64,000 nt of DNA, taken from IMG/VR virus record IMGVR_UViG_3300025128_000015, positions 1-64,000 of that record. The stretch is one strand, 5' to 3'. The notes beneath the pieces are model-generated. The model was not told the DNA's origin. It was given only the letters and a program-made list of their open reading frames with translations, and ran no database searches. The stretch comes from a virus. The position numbers and the translations under genes are program-made. Within the stretch, counting starts at the first letter, position 1; every line of letters starts with the position of its first letter. This document shows positions 47,835 to 58,048 of the stretch, piece by piece.

Positions 47835-50441
47835 ATGGATGAAGAACTGAAAAGTTTATTAAGGGATTTGATTTCTAAAATGAATCAAAACCAGAATAAC
47901 CAAGGCGGACCCGCGCCCCAAGGCACTCCCATGGGTCCTAGTCCTGTACAGGATTATCAAAGCCGAGCACAAGCTGTTCAACAAGAAGCTGCAACTCTAA
48001 CTCAAATCGAACAAATGAATATACGACGTCGCTCCGCCGAAGACGCAATCACTCGCAATCTAGAGACACAAAAAGCTGCAGCAAAAAACATTGAGAGCAC
48101 AGTAGCGCGGATTGTAAAAGAAAGAAGGCTTGAAGCAGATGCAGCAAGATCCTCTTACAGTGAACAAGAAAAAATTGTTAACGCTCTCCAGAGAGACCTA
48201 GAATTAACTCGTCAAAGCGGAGAATTTACTCAAGGAGAAATACGATACAAGGAACGACAATTAGTATTAGGCAAAGAGGTTCTTCGCGACTTGCAACAGA
48301 AAGTGCAACTAACACAGGCTGCAGCCCAAGAAGCACAGCGAGAAGCTGCCCTTGTAGCTCAAGTTCGCGATAGAACGCAGTCTTTGGTATCAACGTTGAC
48401 ACAGGGTGTCTTAACGGCTAACGCAGCTAGCAAAACTGGCATGTTTGGTGCCTTATTCGGTTCCGGGTCAGGAGCAGGGTTCTTCGAAAAGTTAAAAACA
48501 GGTGGTCAAGCAATTGGACAGATCATTTCTCCTTTAAACGCTTCTTTGAGCGTTGTGGGTTATTTGACAGATGCGTTCAAGAAGCTTTTCTTTGCAACAG
48601 ATCAATCTGCAGCCCAATTTAGACGAGCAACTGGCGCAGGGCAAGAATATACAAAAGTTCTAACTCAAACAATTCAGAGAAACACCAAATTTGCTGTTAT
48701 GTCTGACGAAGCTGGAAAAGCGATGACCACACTTTTCAATCAAGTCCGCTTGTTCTCAGGAATGACCGACACAGCACAAAAATCTGTTTTAGATTTAACA
48801 GTTCGCATGAATCGCTTAGGTGTTGCAGAACAACAAACTGCTCAAATGACAGATATGCTCACGAAAGCCATGGGAATGAACATAAATCAGGCCATCGGCG
48901 CCATTGATAAATTGGCTGTATACGCTCGTCAGATTAAAATAAGCGAAGGCGAGGCTACTCAAGCATTTATGCAGTTTTCTGGTGTTCTTGCTGCTCACGG
49001 ACCAAACATGATGAATGTTTTTAAAGGTTTATTGCAAACCGTTAAGAACACTGGTATTGAGATGAGCAGCTTGATGCAGATTGCTAGTCGGTTTGACACA
49101 TTTGATCAAGCTGCAGCTTCAGTCGGTACTTTGAATGCTCTATTGGGTGGTAATTACTTAAATAGCATTAGAATGGTTAATGCTACGGAACAAGAAAGAC
49201 TGAGCTTGGTCGCACAATCGATCCGAGCGTCTGGAGCCAATCTAGATGCAATGGGAAGGTTTCAACAAAAAGCCATTGCACAGGCTATTGGAGCAAAAGA
49301 TGCAGCCGAAGCTATGAGACTTCTCAGAGGCGAACTTGGCATGCTAACTCCAGCAGAATTAGAAGCTGCTCGCGCTGCCGAACTTAACAAACAAAAAGCA
49401 CAAGAAAACATGGATATCCAAATGAAATTAAGAACGATATTCATGTCACTTGTACACTCACTAATGCCTTTAATCGAGAAGCTTCATGAAAATAGAGACG
49501 CAATTGTTAGATTGGTTGACAGAGTAGCCAAGTTTATGCAAGAAAATGGAAAATTGATTGCACAGTTTGCCGTATTATATCCTATCTTGCGAACAGCCGC
49601 CACTGCTATCGGAGGAGTTACTACAGCTTTTAGGGTCATGGGTGCTGCCTCGGGAGCCGCCCGATTGGGTATAGTAGGACTGGCCGGCGGATTTACTTAT
49701 CTAGCAATGCAGTTATTCAAACCACTCTTTTCGCCACCTCTTTATTTAGGAATGAGGGATTTTGGAGATTCGATTAAAAGGACTGGTTCAGCTGCCAATT
49801 CTGCGGCACCCAATTTTCGTAATTTAGGACAATCAACCGGAGAGCTAGCTAAAAACACTTCAGTTGCTTCACAAACCACTGCACAACTTGGAAGTGCAAT
49901 AGGTCTTATAGGCAAAAATTCTTCTGCAGCCGCCACCGGTATAAGAAACATCGCCACTGCAGGAATCACAGCTAGCAGGGGCATGAGTGATGCAGCCAAT
50001 AGCACAGCACAGCTAGCTTTTGGAGTTCAATCGATACAGAAAAACGTTGACAATTTAAATACTGCCAAACTAGCTGATTTTGGTGAAAAGATAAAACGTG
50101 TCAACGAAAACATGAACTTAAGCGCGACAGAAAATGAAAACGTCGAGAGAACAATAACTAATATTAATAGAGTTGCTATTGTTGGACAACAAGCAACTGA
50201 AGCTGCTTCTGCTGCTGGTGTAGAACGCCTTGCTGCAGCCGCACACAAGTTTAGTCTAACACAGGTCAATCAGTCAACTCAGGTCGCCGCAGCAGCCTCT
50301 GGGGGTCAAGGTTCGAGCGTGCACGTTGTCGAAGCACCTAGATCTGTACAGATCGACCTTGATGGAGTGTTGGTTGGTGAAGCGGCCTTAAACTTTGTAA
50401 ATAGAGAAAGAGACTCACAGACTTTGGTCGGTAGAGCATAG
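47835..50441 (+). CDS. Tail tape measure protein
   Basis: 868 aa, Ala/Gln-rich and helical, with a hydrophobic Gly/Ala central part; position after the chaperones. Confidence 0.85.
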   Translation: MDEELKSLLRDLISKMNQNQNNQGGPAPQGTPMGPSPVQDYQSRAQAVQQEAATLTQIEQMNIRRRSAEDAITRNLETQKAAAKNIESTVARIVKERRLEADAARSSYSEQEKIVNALQRDLELTRQSGEFTQGEIRYKERQLVLGKEVLRDLQQKVQLTQAAAQEAQREAALVAQVRDRTQSLVSTLTQGVLTANAASKTGMFGALFGSGSGAGFFEKLKTGGQAIGQIISPLNASLSVVGYLTDAFKKLFFATDQSAAQFRRATGAGQEYTKVLTQTIQRNTKFAVMSDEAGKAMTTLFNQVRLFSGMTDTAQKSVLDLTVRMNRLGVAEQQTAQMTDMLTKAMGMNINQAIGAIDKLAVYARQIKISEGEATQAFMQFSGVLAAHGPNMMNVFKGLLQTVKNTGIEMSSLMQIASRFDTFDQAAASVGTLNALLGGNYLNSIRMVNATEQERLSLVAQSIRASGANLDAMGRFQQKAIAQAIGAKDAAEAMRLLRGELGMLTPAELEAARAAELNKQKAQENMDIQMKLRTIFMSLVHSLMPLIEKLHENRDAIVRLVDRVAKFMQENGKLIAQFAVLYPILRTAATAIGGVTTAFRVMGAASGAARLGIVGLAGGFTYLAMQLFKPLFSPPLYLGMRDFGDSIKRTGSAANSAAPNFRNLGQSTGELAKNTSVASQTTAQLGSAIGLIGKNSSAAATGIRNIATAGITASRGMSDAANSTAQLAFGVQSIQKNVDNLNTAKLADFGEKIKRVNENMNLSATENENVERTITNINRVAIVGQQATEAASAAGVERLAAAAHKFSLTQVNQSTQVAAAASGGQGSSVHVVEAPRSVQIDLDGVLVGEAALNFVNRERDSQTLVGRA

Positions 50442-50452
50442 GAGGATAATAG

Positions 50453-51220
50453 ATGTCAGTTTGGAGTAGTACAGATGCGAGTAACCAAAAAGAGTTTACC
50501 GATATTGAATTTACATATGCCTCTATAGGGACTAAAAACAAGAACTTTTATAAAGTTCGCTTTAGTGCTTTTGTTACAGCTTTTTCTGATAACTTTTCAC
50601 AACAATGGTCGTCTACTGCCGTATATGGTAAGCCTGATGCAATCGAGACTTATCAAGGTACACGACGTTCGATCGATTTGGCATGGGATGTTCCCTCGAA
50701 CGGGCCAAAAGAAGGCTACAACAATATGATCAAGCTCGAAACACTTCTTAAGATGCTGTATCCAATGTATGATATACAATCAAAAAAATCCACTTCCAAC
50801 GTTGCAACGATAAATAAGCCACCTTTGTTGAGATTAAAGTTTGCAAACTTGATTCACAACAATTTAAACGGAAGAGGACTTTTAGGACATGTCAACGGCT
50901 TTAGTTTTAATCCTGCCATGGACCAAGGCATGTACAACACAAAAGAGCCAAGGCAAAGAGCAATTGGAATTCCAGATGTCGGCTTGATCCCAAAAGTCTA
51001 CAGCATGCGCTGCACTTTTACCGTACTTCACGAACAAGATTTAGGATTCAGTGCATCGAGAAATAGATTCTTTAACAATAGCTTTCCATATGGCTTTACT
51101 AAAGGTGTTGATGATATCACGGCCGCAAATAAAGGCACAGCAGTGTCTAAGCCCGAAACCGGAGCAACTGTCGACAAAAGCGCTGAGGCCGCAGTAACAA
51201 AAGCCAACAACGGGAGTTAA
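50453..51220 (+). CDS. Putative tube initiator / baseplate tail-tube cap protein
   Basis: FSDNFSQQWSSTAVYGKPDAIETYQGTRRSIDLAW, PPLLRLKF; directly after the tape measure gene. Confidence 0.6.
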   Translation: MSVWSSTDASNQKEFTDIEFTYASIGTKNKNFYKVRFSAFVTAFSDNFSQQWSSTAVYGKPDAIETYQGTRRSIDLAWDVPSNGPKEGYNNMIKLETLLKMLYPMYDIQSKKSTSNVATINKPPLLRLKFANLIHNNLNGRGLLGHVNGFSFNPAMDQGMYNTKEPRQRAIGIPDVGLIPKVYSMRCTFTVLHEQDLGFSASRNRFFNNSFPYGFTKGVDDITAANKGTAVSKPETGATVDKSAEAAVTKANNGS

Positions 51221-51222
51221 AA

Positions 51223-51567
51223 ATGTCATTTATCAAAAGAGATCTCAACAGAAGCATAATTGTCAACGATAAAAGGTTTTATAAGTCTTTTTTTATAAAA
51301 AGAGATATAAATGGTGTTGAACAATATGACACACCTGTTTTATACTATCCTGAACAAGAGGAGATAAATGATTTTGAAATCGAACGTGTTGTATGGAAAG
51401 TTGGCGATAGATTCTCAAAATTGGCTCACGAGCACTATGGAAATGCAAAAATGTGGTGGGTCATCGCCTGGTATAACAAAAAACCAACAGACTCAGACGT
51501 TGAATATGGAGAGGTTATTGAAGTCCCTTTTCCTCTTCGCGACGTTCTCTCCGCTTTCGGCTACTAA
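51223..51567 (+). CDS. LysM-like / gp53-like baseplate wedge protein
   Basis: WKVGDRFSKLAHEHYGNAKMWWVIAWYN...GEVIEVP. Confidence 0.75.
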   Translation: MSFIKRDLNRSIIVNDKRFYKSFFIKRDINGVEQYDTPVLYYPEQEEINDFEIERVVWKVGDRFSKLAHEHYGNAKMWWVIAWYNKKPTDSDVEYGEVIEVPFPLRDVLSAFGY

Positions 51568-51583
51568 AAAGATGATATAGATT

Positions 51584-54500
51584 ATGTCGAGTTTAAATTT
51601 TACAAACATTATTGATAAGATCAAGTCTGACCCAGTAGTCGGAGATTGCGCCACAAAATTGAGCGCACAGCAGCTTTTAGAGGCAGAAAACGGCGCCCAC
51701 CTTGAAACATTGGCAGCGATTAGTTCGAAAATGGGTCATTATTTTCGCCTATTTAAAGTTTTTAAAAGGGGAAGATCTGCAATCTTGAAAAAAATAAAAG
51801 CCGATGAAGAAATCACACTTGAGGGGCTCGTAGGATTAGGTTTTCGTGCAGGCGGGGAATTTAATGCAAAGCATTTCAAAGATGGCAAATATGAGCAGGT
51901 AACAAGTCAAGAACTGCTTAAAAGCTTTGGTGAAGATATAAATGACAGAGCAGACTTGGCAAAGAATGTTTCTTTTGGCGAGATTATCGAGAAGCTTAAT
52001 GACTATGCCTATTTGGGAGCCAGAATCCTTGGGGCTCATCAAAATCTCCAACAAAGGGTCGAGCCCGGAGGCACTGATTTGAGAAAATCCGCCTCTATTA
52101 TTGGCATGCCCACCCTCTATAGAGGCCCAGCTTCTAGGCCGACGGATGAAGATAAAAAAGTCTTAAAAGGTATAAAAAAACTTATAAATGAGCGAAATAG
52201 CACCGTGGTGGGACAACTAGCAGTTGATAATAATAGCGAAACAAAAATAAGACAGGACAAATTTAAATTTGCTTTGTTCAAAAGTATACAAGATTTATTG
52301 GAGTCCAATATCGGTAAAATGTTTCTTTTCTATACAAATCCAAATCAGACTGCTCCACTTTCGGCAGGAACAAGCCTATTTGAAAGCATACACGCCCCTC
52401 TTTATTTATCTCCCTCTAGAGGAAAAGTAACATCGGAAGATGTTTCAGCAAAAACAAAAGCTTTTATCAAAGAAATACTTAACGTAAAATTAGTTGTATC
52501 TGATAAGAAGGTAGAAAAAACTTATAAAGAATTATTTCAAGAAAGATTTCTCGTAAGATGTAGAGCTTTCATATCCGGAGATGTTGAGACCACTGAAGAT
52601 AAGTTTCCTCAAATTAATAGTGAACTTGAACTTAAGAGAAAGAGACTCCAGAATGTAAGATGCGTCCTGCCCTTGTTTGAAGATTTATATTCTTCAAGTA
52701 ACATTGCGACTTTTACTGACAGCGGAATGACAGGTGTTTATTCAAAGAACTATAAACACACACTAAACTCATTAGGACTCAAATCAGCTAGTTCTAAGAA
52801 AAAGTTTTTCACTAGCCAACATCATCCATTGATTTTTGCCTATACGAAAGATTCTCATTTTTTTGTTAATAAATTGTTTAATAAAGGTGATTCAAGATCA
52901 ACTTTGAAGTCGTTTTTAGAAGCTACAAATACTGATATTTCTTTTTTGCAGCCAAGAATTAGAGTCTATAAAGTTTTTGAAACACAAGAAGGCAAAGAGC
53001 AAGAAATACCGATAGAGTTTTCAAATAAAATTGAGCTTACCAAGTCTTCTGGTGTGTATGAGCGAGAAAATGCCGGCATCGAACGAGTTAGAATAAGAAG
53101 AACTGGACAAACACCCGCAACCTTTGATAAATTAATTGACGTCAATATTCGTCTTATTTTTGACAGCATTAATGCTTTTACAAAGTGTAGGACGACTTCT
53201 ATTGGCAAGAAAAAGTATTCATATGTTGATCTTTTGAGAAGACCAGTAGAACTAAAACAAACAGACAAGCAAATTGGTGATGTAAAAAGAGGAGCTTCAG
53301 AGTTAGAAAGATTTGGATCGAAAGAGTTAGAAAAGTTTATTGATAAGGCTCAAGAAATAAACATTGATAGTTATAGTCCAGACAAGTTTCAAATTAAACT
53401 AGAAGTGGGCTGGTCTTTTAATGATCAAGTATTCCAAAATCAGACTGCAGCGTCTAAGCGTGCACGCCTCGAAAAATTTATTTCAGAAACAAATTTGGTT
53501 ATGTATTTAACACTTCAGACACACGATTTTACGTTCAGAAACGATGGCACAGTTAGTTTAGATGTTAGGTACATGGGACGTGCAGGTGGCCAACTTATCG
53601 ACGCATTTCAGACAAATATTTTTCATACTCCCAACCTTGGACGACTTAGCAAAGCGGTCACTGTCGTTGATGATATATTGAGATTCTCTGCAGATAACAA
53701 AGATTTTTCTGTAAATCGGAATGTTATGCAGCAGAGAAAAAACCAATTAGTACATAAACTGAATACTGAAAGATCTAATTTAACTAGTCAAGTATGGAAG
53801 CGCTTGGTTGATGCATCTGTAGACCCAAATAATTCTAATGGAAGCACGCTTCTATCTTCAGCTTCAGGCAACGAAGCCCCTACTCATTTTTTAAGACTAA
53901 ATGTGCCTAAATCTTTTTTATTTTTTGACGCTGAATTTTTTACGAAGCTCGGGGTAAAAACTGATGAATCAACCACTGATAAACTCAAGGAGACTGCCAG
54001 CAGCCGCGTAACAAACACTGATCTCCTTCTTAGTTATTATAGAAATAAATTCCTAGAAGGGTCCGCCTCTGAGACCGATAATTTAAAGCTTGAAGTTGTA
54101 GCAAAAAAAGACAGCCCAACCAGCGCTGAAGGTACAAACAAAAACTTAAAAGGAGAAGATGCAATTAAGGATCCAGACCTTGCGCAAGATCCATTAAGGC
54201 CAGAAGATTTTGAAGAACAACTAGATGATGGCACCTTCGACTCACAAGTTTTTAAAAATACTTATTTAACAATTCCAGGTGGAGGCGATAAAAAAACAAG
54301 TATGTATTGTCTTAGGTATGGATCCGTTGTGCATTCCGCAATACAAAACATTTGGCAGTTTAACCCAGAAGGGCTAAAAGATATTGTCGTTATATTGGCT
54401 TCCTCACGATTTGAATCAATATCTGGGGGGGTTCGACATTTTAATTTTGCTGATATTCCAATTTTGTTTGAGGATTGGAAAAGGTTTATGATCGACAAAG

Positions 54501-55297
54501 TTGTTAATAAAAAGAAGGTCAATTATGCGCTCATTGATTTTATAAGAGATTCGATGATGGAGCTTTTAATCCCAGCAATGGGTGCAATTAATACAGGTTG
54601 CAAAGACGGCACGCAGATCGCTTCTCCTCTTAAAGCAGTAAAGCCTCGACTAACTTCTTTTAGTGCTCGTCGCCAACAAGGTTTAAGTCCCAATGATGGC
54701 AGTATATCTGTTAGTTTAGATAAAAAAGAGGCTGCTTTATTGGTTGGTAATAAACTGATAGGTAATGAAAATATTGTCGACGGTAAAGAACATTTGAAAC
54801 ATTTTTTGGTTATTTATGATGCCGGCTTTTCGACAGCAGCTAGCTTGGAAAAAGGGAGAAAGCCAAAGCTTTATGATACAAACCTTAAGCATAATATTCC
54901 TCATGTTTTTATCGGTGCCAACAGAGGAATTATGAGATCAGTCAGCTTTAGAAAAAGCACTGTTCCATTTTTGCAGGAATCTAAGGTGCTTGACAGGGGT
55001 GACACTGATTTCGGACTCTTGAGAGAAAAATACGATGTTACTCTAGAAACTGTAGGTAATCCTCACTTTCACCAAGGAATGAGATTCTATTTAGATCCAA
55101 CATTTACTGGTATGTCTAGCCACAACATCGACGTCGTTCAAGGAGTCTTAGGTTTAGGCGGATATTATGATATTGTAGATGTAACATCTGATATAAGCAA
55201 TTCCGGATTCAAAACCAGCATTGTTGGCTCTTGGCAGGCTTTTCATGAGGGCTATGATTCCAAAAAACGCCATGTTGACCCCTGTAAGGACAAATAA
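51584..55297 (+). CDS. Baseplate hub protein (gp27/late control D-like), large
   Basis: 1237 aa; C-terminal hub-like pattern YDVTLETVGNPHFHQGMRFYLDP...LGLGGYYDIVDVTSDIS; position. Confidence 0.6.
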   Translation: MSSLNFTNIIDKIKSDPVVGDCATKLSAQQLLEAENGAHLETLAAISSKMGHYFRLFKVFKRGRSAILKKIKADEEITLEGLVGLGFRAGGEFNAKHFKDGKYEQVTSQELLKSFGEDINDRADLAKNVSFGEIIEKLNDYAYLGARILGAHQNLQQRVEPGGTDLRKSASIIGMPTLYRGPASRPTDEDKKVLKGIKKLINERNSTVVGQLAVDNNSETKIRQDKFKFALFKSIQDLLESNIGKMFLFYTNPNQTAPLSAGTSLFESIHAPLYLSPSRGKVTSEDVSAKTKAFIKEILNVKLVVSDKKVEKTYKELFQERFLVRCRAFISGDVETTEDKFPQINSELELKRKRLQNVRCVLPLFEDLYSSSNIATFTDSGMTGVYSKNYKHTLNSLGLKSASSKKKFFTSQHHPLIFAYTKDSHFFVNKLFNKGDSRSTLKSFLEATNTDISFLQPRIRVYKVFETQEGKEQEIPIEFSNKIELTKSSGVYERENAGIERVRIRRTGQTPATFDKLIDVNIRLIFDSINAFTKCRTTSIGKKKYSYVDLLRRPVELKQTDKQIGDVKRGASELERFGSKELEKFIDKAQEINIDSYSPDKFQIKLEVGWSFNDQVFQNQTAASKRARLEKFISETNLVMYLTLQTHDFTFRNDGTVSLDVRYMGRAGGQLIDAFQTNIFHTPNLGRLSKAVTVVDDILRFSADNKDFSVNRNVMQQRKNQLVHKLNTERSNLTSQVWKRLVDASVDPNNSNGSTLLSSASGNEAPTHFLRLNVPKSFLFFDAEFFTKLGVKTDESTTDKLKETASSRVTNTDLLLSYYRNKFLEGSASETDNLKLEVVAKKDSPTSAEGTNKNLKGEDAIKDPDLAQDPLRPEDFEEQLDDGTFDSQVFKNTYLTIPGGGDKKTSMYCLRYGSVVHSAIQNIWQFNPEGLKDIVVILASSRFESISGGVRHFNFADIPILFEDWKRFMIDKVVNKKKVNYALIDFIRDSMMELLIPAMGAINTGCKDGTQIASPLKAVKPRLTSFSARRQQGLSPNDGSISVSLDKKEAALLVGNKLIGNENIVDGKEHLKHFLVIYDAGFSTAASLEKGRKPKLYDTNLKHNIPHVFIGANRGIMRSVSFRKSTVPFLQESKVLDRGDTDFGLLREKYDVTLETVGNPHFHQGMRFYLDPTFTGMSSHNIDVVQGVLGLGGYYDIVDVTSDISNSGFKTSIVGSWQAFHEGYDSKKRHVDPCKDK

Positions 55298-55333
55298 ATG
55301 CCTTGTTTTTCAACAATAAACAATAATTAAAGT

Positions 55334-56809
55334 ATGGCCAATACGATAAAAATATTTAATGCGGCACAAGCAGAAGAGATTGAAAGATATATAGCTCCTG
55401 CCACTCAGAACGCCAGCCTGTATGTGCAAAATATAATTGATTTTTCTCAAATGAATCATTATGGGCTCGTTGATCCTTCTGGACAAACAATAATGCCAAA
55501 GATTTCAAACGACACTTTGTTATCTTTAGAAAACGCGCAGACATACGGAATAAGTTCCGTTGGCGGATCTGCTCAGGTTTTAGATTTCGTTGCCGATGCA
55601 TTCACAGATATGTCAAGTTATTTACAATCGGTTAGATTCCGCGCAGGAGAGTATTCACCAAAAACTTACACAAACAAAGCCGGCCAAACCACAGAAACAT
55701 TCATACAAAGTTTGGTTCCCGCAAGCGGATATGTAAATCCTGTTTCGCTGCACAAAGAGCATGTTAATATTATCTATGACCATTTTATAAGATCGTATCT
55801 AGAGCAAAACAATCGTCACAAGAGCATAAACAATCATCGTGATTTTATAAAAATGTTTGTGAATTATGTTTTTAGCGACTTGTATACAGATATTGCCAAT
55901 ATAAACCTTTCTTCTCACATAAGAAGATCTCTCATTCCGATTGAGTGTAACGGTATTACAATTAAGCTGTCATCAATAGACACTAATGATCAAGCTGAAA
56001 TAGATGAGATATACTATGGAGATCCTAATTTTAACTTATATGCCTCTACTGTGCACAAGTTCGGATTTTATATTGATGAAAAGAGACCTTTTATGCTTGT
56101 GGCCAATCTACGCTCTAAGAAAATGAATGAATATGCTCAAAATAGAGGATCCTTCTTGGTAAATTCGACACCAGATTCAGGATATACTTCTGCTGGTGGA
56201 TTAGGGCATGTGCATGAATACGAGATAGACGCAAATGGAAATGGTAAAACAGGATATACCTCTGCTGGTCCTTATCACGAACACGTTATTGAAAGTTATT
56301 GTGTTAAACACGCGCAAATCGGAGCATCTCACAAGCACGAATTGCCAAGACAGGACGTGTTCACTAAGTATTATGTCCGGGCTCAAGAAAATGAACTCGA
56401 TCGACTCAAATCACTTCTTTTTAGAATGTACGATAGCTATATTAAGCAGAGTCCACAAAATATAGTCAATACTTTTCCTAAAGGAGCCCTCGTAAAGAAG
56501 GCGAGAATAAGAAAACCAGTAACCGAGAAAGATTTTGCTTTATCCATGTCAAATCAAAAATGGATTCGTCTGTATTTTGACCTTAAGATCAATGAAGAGA
56601 GAGTTATCTTAAAAAGAAGCAAGTATTTAAATATTGTCCGAAAAGCTCAAGAAATGTTGAAAGTCGCCACTGTACAAGAAGCGGTCGAGTATATCAATAA
56701 AGAAATCTATAAAAGGGTTCAAACTCTTGTGCAGGGTCCAAATGTAAACAGTAGCTACCATAATCTCCCTGGTAGCAATACTTTAAAGAAACTGTCTGAG
56801 TATTTTTAA
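55334..56809 (+). CDS. Hypothetical protein with internal HxH cluster
   Basis: 491 aa; GHVHEYEIDANGNG...YHEHVI...SHKHEL; last gene before the replication block. Confidence 0.6.
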   Translation: MANTIKIFNAAQAEEIERYIAPATQNASLYVQNIIDFSQMNHYGLVDPSGQTIMPKISNDTLLSLENAQTYGISSVGGSAQVLDFVADAFTDMSSYLQSVRFRAGEYSPKTYTNKAGQTTETFIQSLVPASGYVNPVSLHKEHVNIIYDHFIRSYLEQNNRHKSINNHRDFIKMFVNYVFSDLYTDIANINLSSHIRRSLIPIECNGITIKLSSIDTNDQAEIDEIYYGDPNFNLYASTVHKFGFYIDEKRPFMLVANLRSKKMNEYAQNRGSFLVNSTPDSGYTSAGGLGHVHEYEIDANGNGKTGYTSAGPYHEHVIESYCVKHAQIGASHKHELPRQDVFTKYYVRAQENELDRLKSLLFRMYDSYIKQSPQNIVNTFPKGALVKKARIRKPVTEKDFALSMSNQKWIRLYFDLKINEERVILKRSKYLNIVRKAQEMLKVATVQEAVEYINKEIYKRVQTLVQGPNVNSSYHNLPGSNTLKKLSEYF

Positions 56810-56837
56810 TTGTCTTTTGACAATGTGTGATTATCTT
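56810..56837 (+). promoter_or_regulatory. Early promoter for the PolA-like gene
   Basis: TTGTCT(56810-15)-N16-TATCTT(56832-37); identical layout to the promoter at 58876. Confidence 0.55.
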
Positions 56838-56854
56838 ACTTGAAGAGGTTTGTT

Positions 56855-58048
56855 TTGTATTTTCAGATTATTGATGATAAGACAGAATGCATTGGAATAT
56901 ATGCAAATGAAAAAATCTATTATGATGAAGTTCCATCATCGATCGCAGCAACCTGGAAATACGCGCCAATCCTCCGTGATCGTAATGATATAAAATACGC
57001 TAGCTTATATTGCGGAGATCACGACTTAACTCGTTCTTGCCCAGAACACTTGGAAAAGAGGCTAAGCAACATTTTAGATAGATTCCGAGCTTATCTGACA
57101 TCGTTCAAAGAAGCAAAGATATCTTTATATGATAACTGTTTTTATGATTTAGTTCCAGAGCGTTTTGTGTTAGAATATTGCGATGTTAAAAACGAGATTA
57201 CAAAACACATACTAGAAAACAACGACAAACCAAAAAACTACAATTTTCTCGTCTCACTCAGCAAAGTTTTGGAGGACATAAAATATTTGCCTTTAAATTT
57301 AGACTTTGCTGATTTTAACTTTGGATCAACAAGAGGTAGAATGTTCCACAAGAAGATCAAGCAAAAAGGACCAAACATTGTATATGATCTATTTGGTTCG
57401 AAGACTGGCCGCTTGACAACAAAGAAGAACAGCTTTCCAATACTGACTATGGACAAGAAATACAGAAGCATTATCAAACCAAAAAACGACTGTTTCTTAG
57501 AGCTTGATTTCAATTCAGCCGAGATCAGGACTTTTTTAGCCCTACAGGGACTTGAGCAGCCAAAACAAGATATCCATGCGTGGACAGGCAAAAATGTCTT
57601 TAAGGGGCAATTAACAAGGGATGAGGTGAAGAAAAAGTTCTTTGCATGGCTATATAATCCAGAAGCAAAAAATGATAAACTTGAAAGCATCTTCGACAAG
57701 AACAAGATTCTAGAGAAATATTGGAACGGATATAATGTCGAAACACCCTATAATAGAAAAATGGAAGCAGGAAAGAAGCACGCATTGAATTACTTAATTC
57801 AGAGTACAACCAGTGACTTGTTTTTACGACGAATGATCGACGTATGGCATCTTCTAAAAAATAGAACATCTCATGTGTCTTTCTGTATTCATGATTCTTT
57901 GGTGATAGACTTTTCTGTCGAAGATCGATCGCTCTTACAAGAAATTGTAGACAAGTTTTCAAATACAGAATTAGGATTCTTTAAGATCAACCTAAGTGCT
58001 GGCAAGAATTATGGTGAAATGAGGAAATTAGAATGGAAACAATCATAG
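56855..58048 (+). CDS. Minimal family A DNA polymerase-like protein
   Basis: TGRL, motif A LDFNSAEIR, motif B RDEVKKKFFAWLY, NYLIQSTTSD, motif C IHDSLV. The track start is 56840; TTG 56855 fits SD GAGG. Confidence 0.85.
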   Translation: MYFQIIDDKTECIGIYANEKIYYDEVPSSIAATWKYAPILRDRNDIKYASLYCGDHDLTRSCPEHLEKRLSNILDRFRAYLTSFKEAKISLYDNCFYDLVPERFVLEYCDVKNEITKHILENNDKPKNYNFLVSLSKVLEDIKYLPLNLDFADFNFGSTRGRMFHKKIKQKGPNIVYDLFGSKTGRLTTKKNSFPILTMDKKYRSIIKPKNDCFLELDFNSAEIRTFLALQGLEQPKQDIHAWTGKNVFKGQLTRDEVKKKFFAWLYNPEAKNDKLESIFDKNKILEKYWNGYNVETPYNRKMEAGKKHALNYLIQSTTSDLFLRRMIDVWHLLKNRTSHVSFCIHDSLVIDFSVEDRSLLQEIVDKFSNTELGFFKINLSAGKNYGEMRKLEWKQS

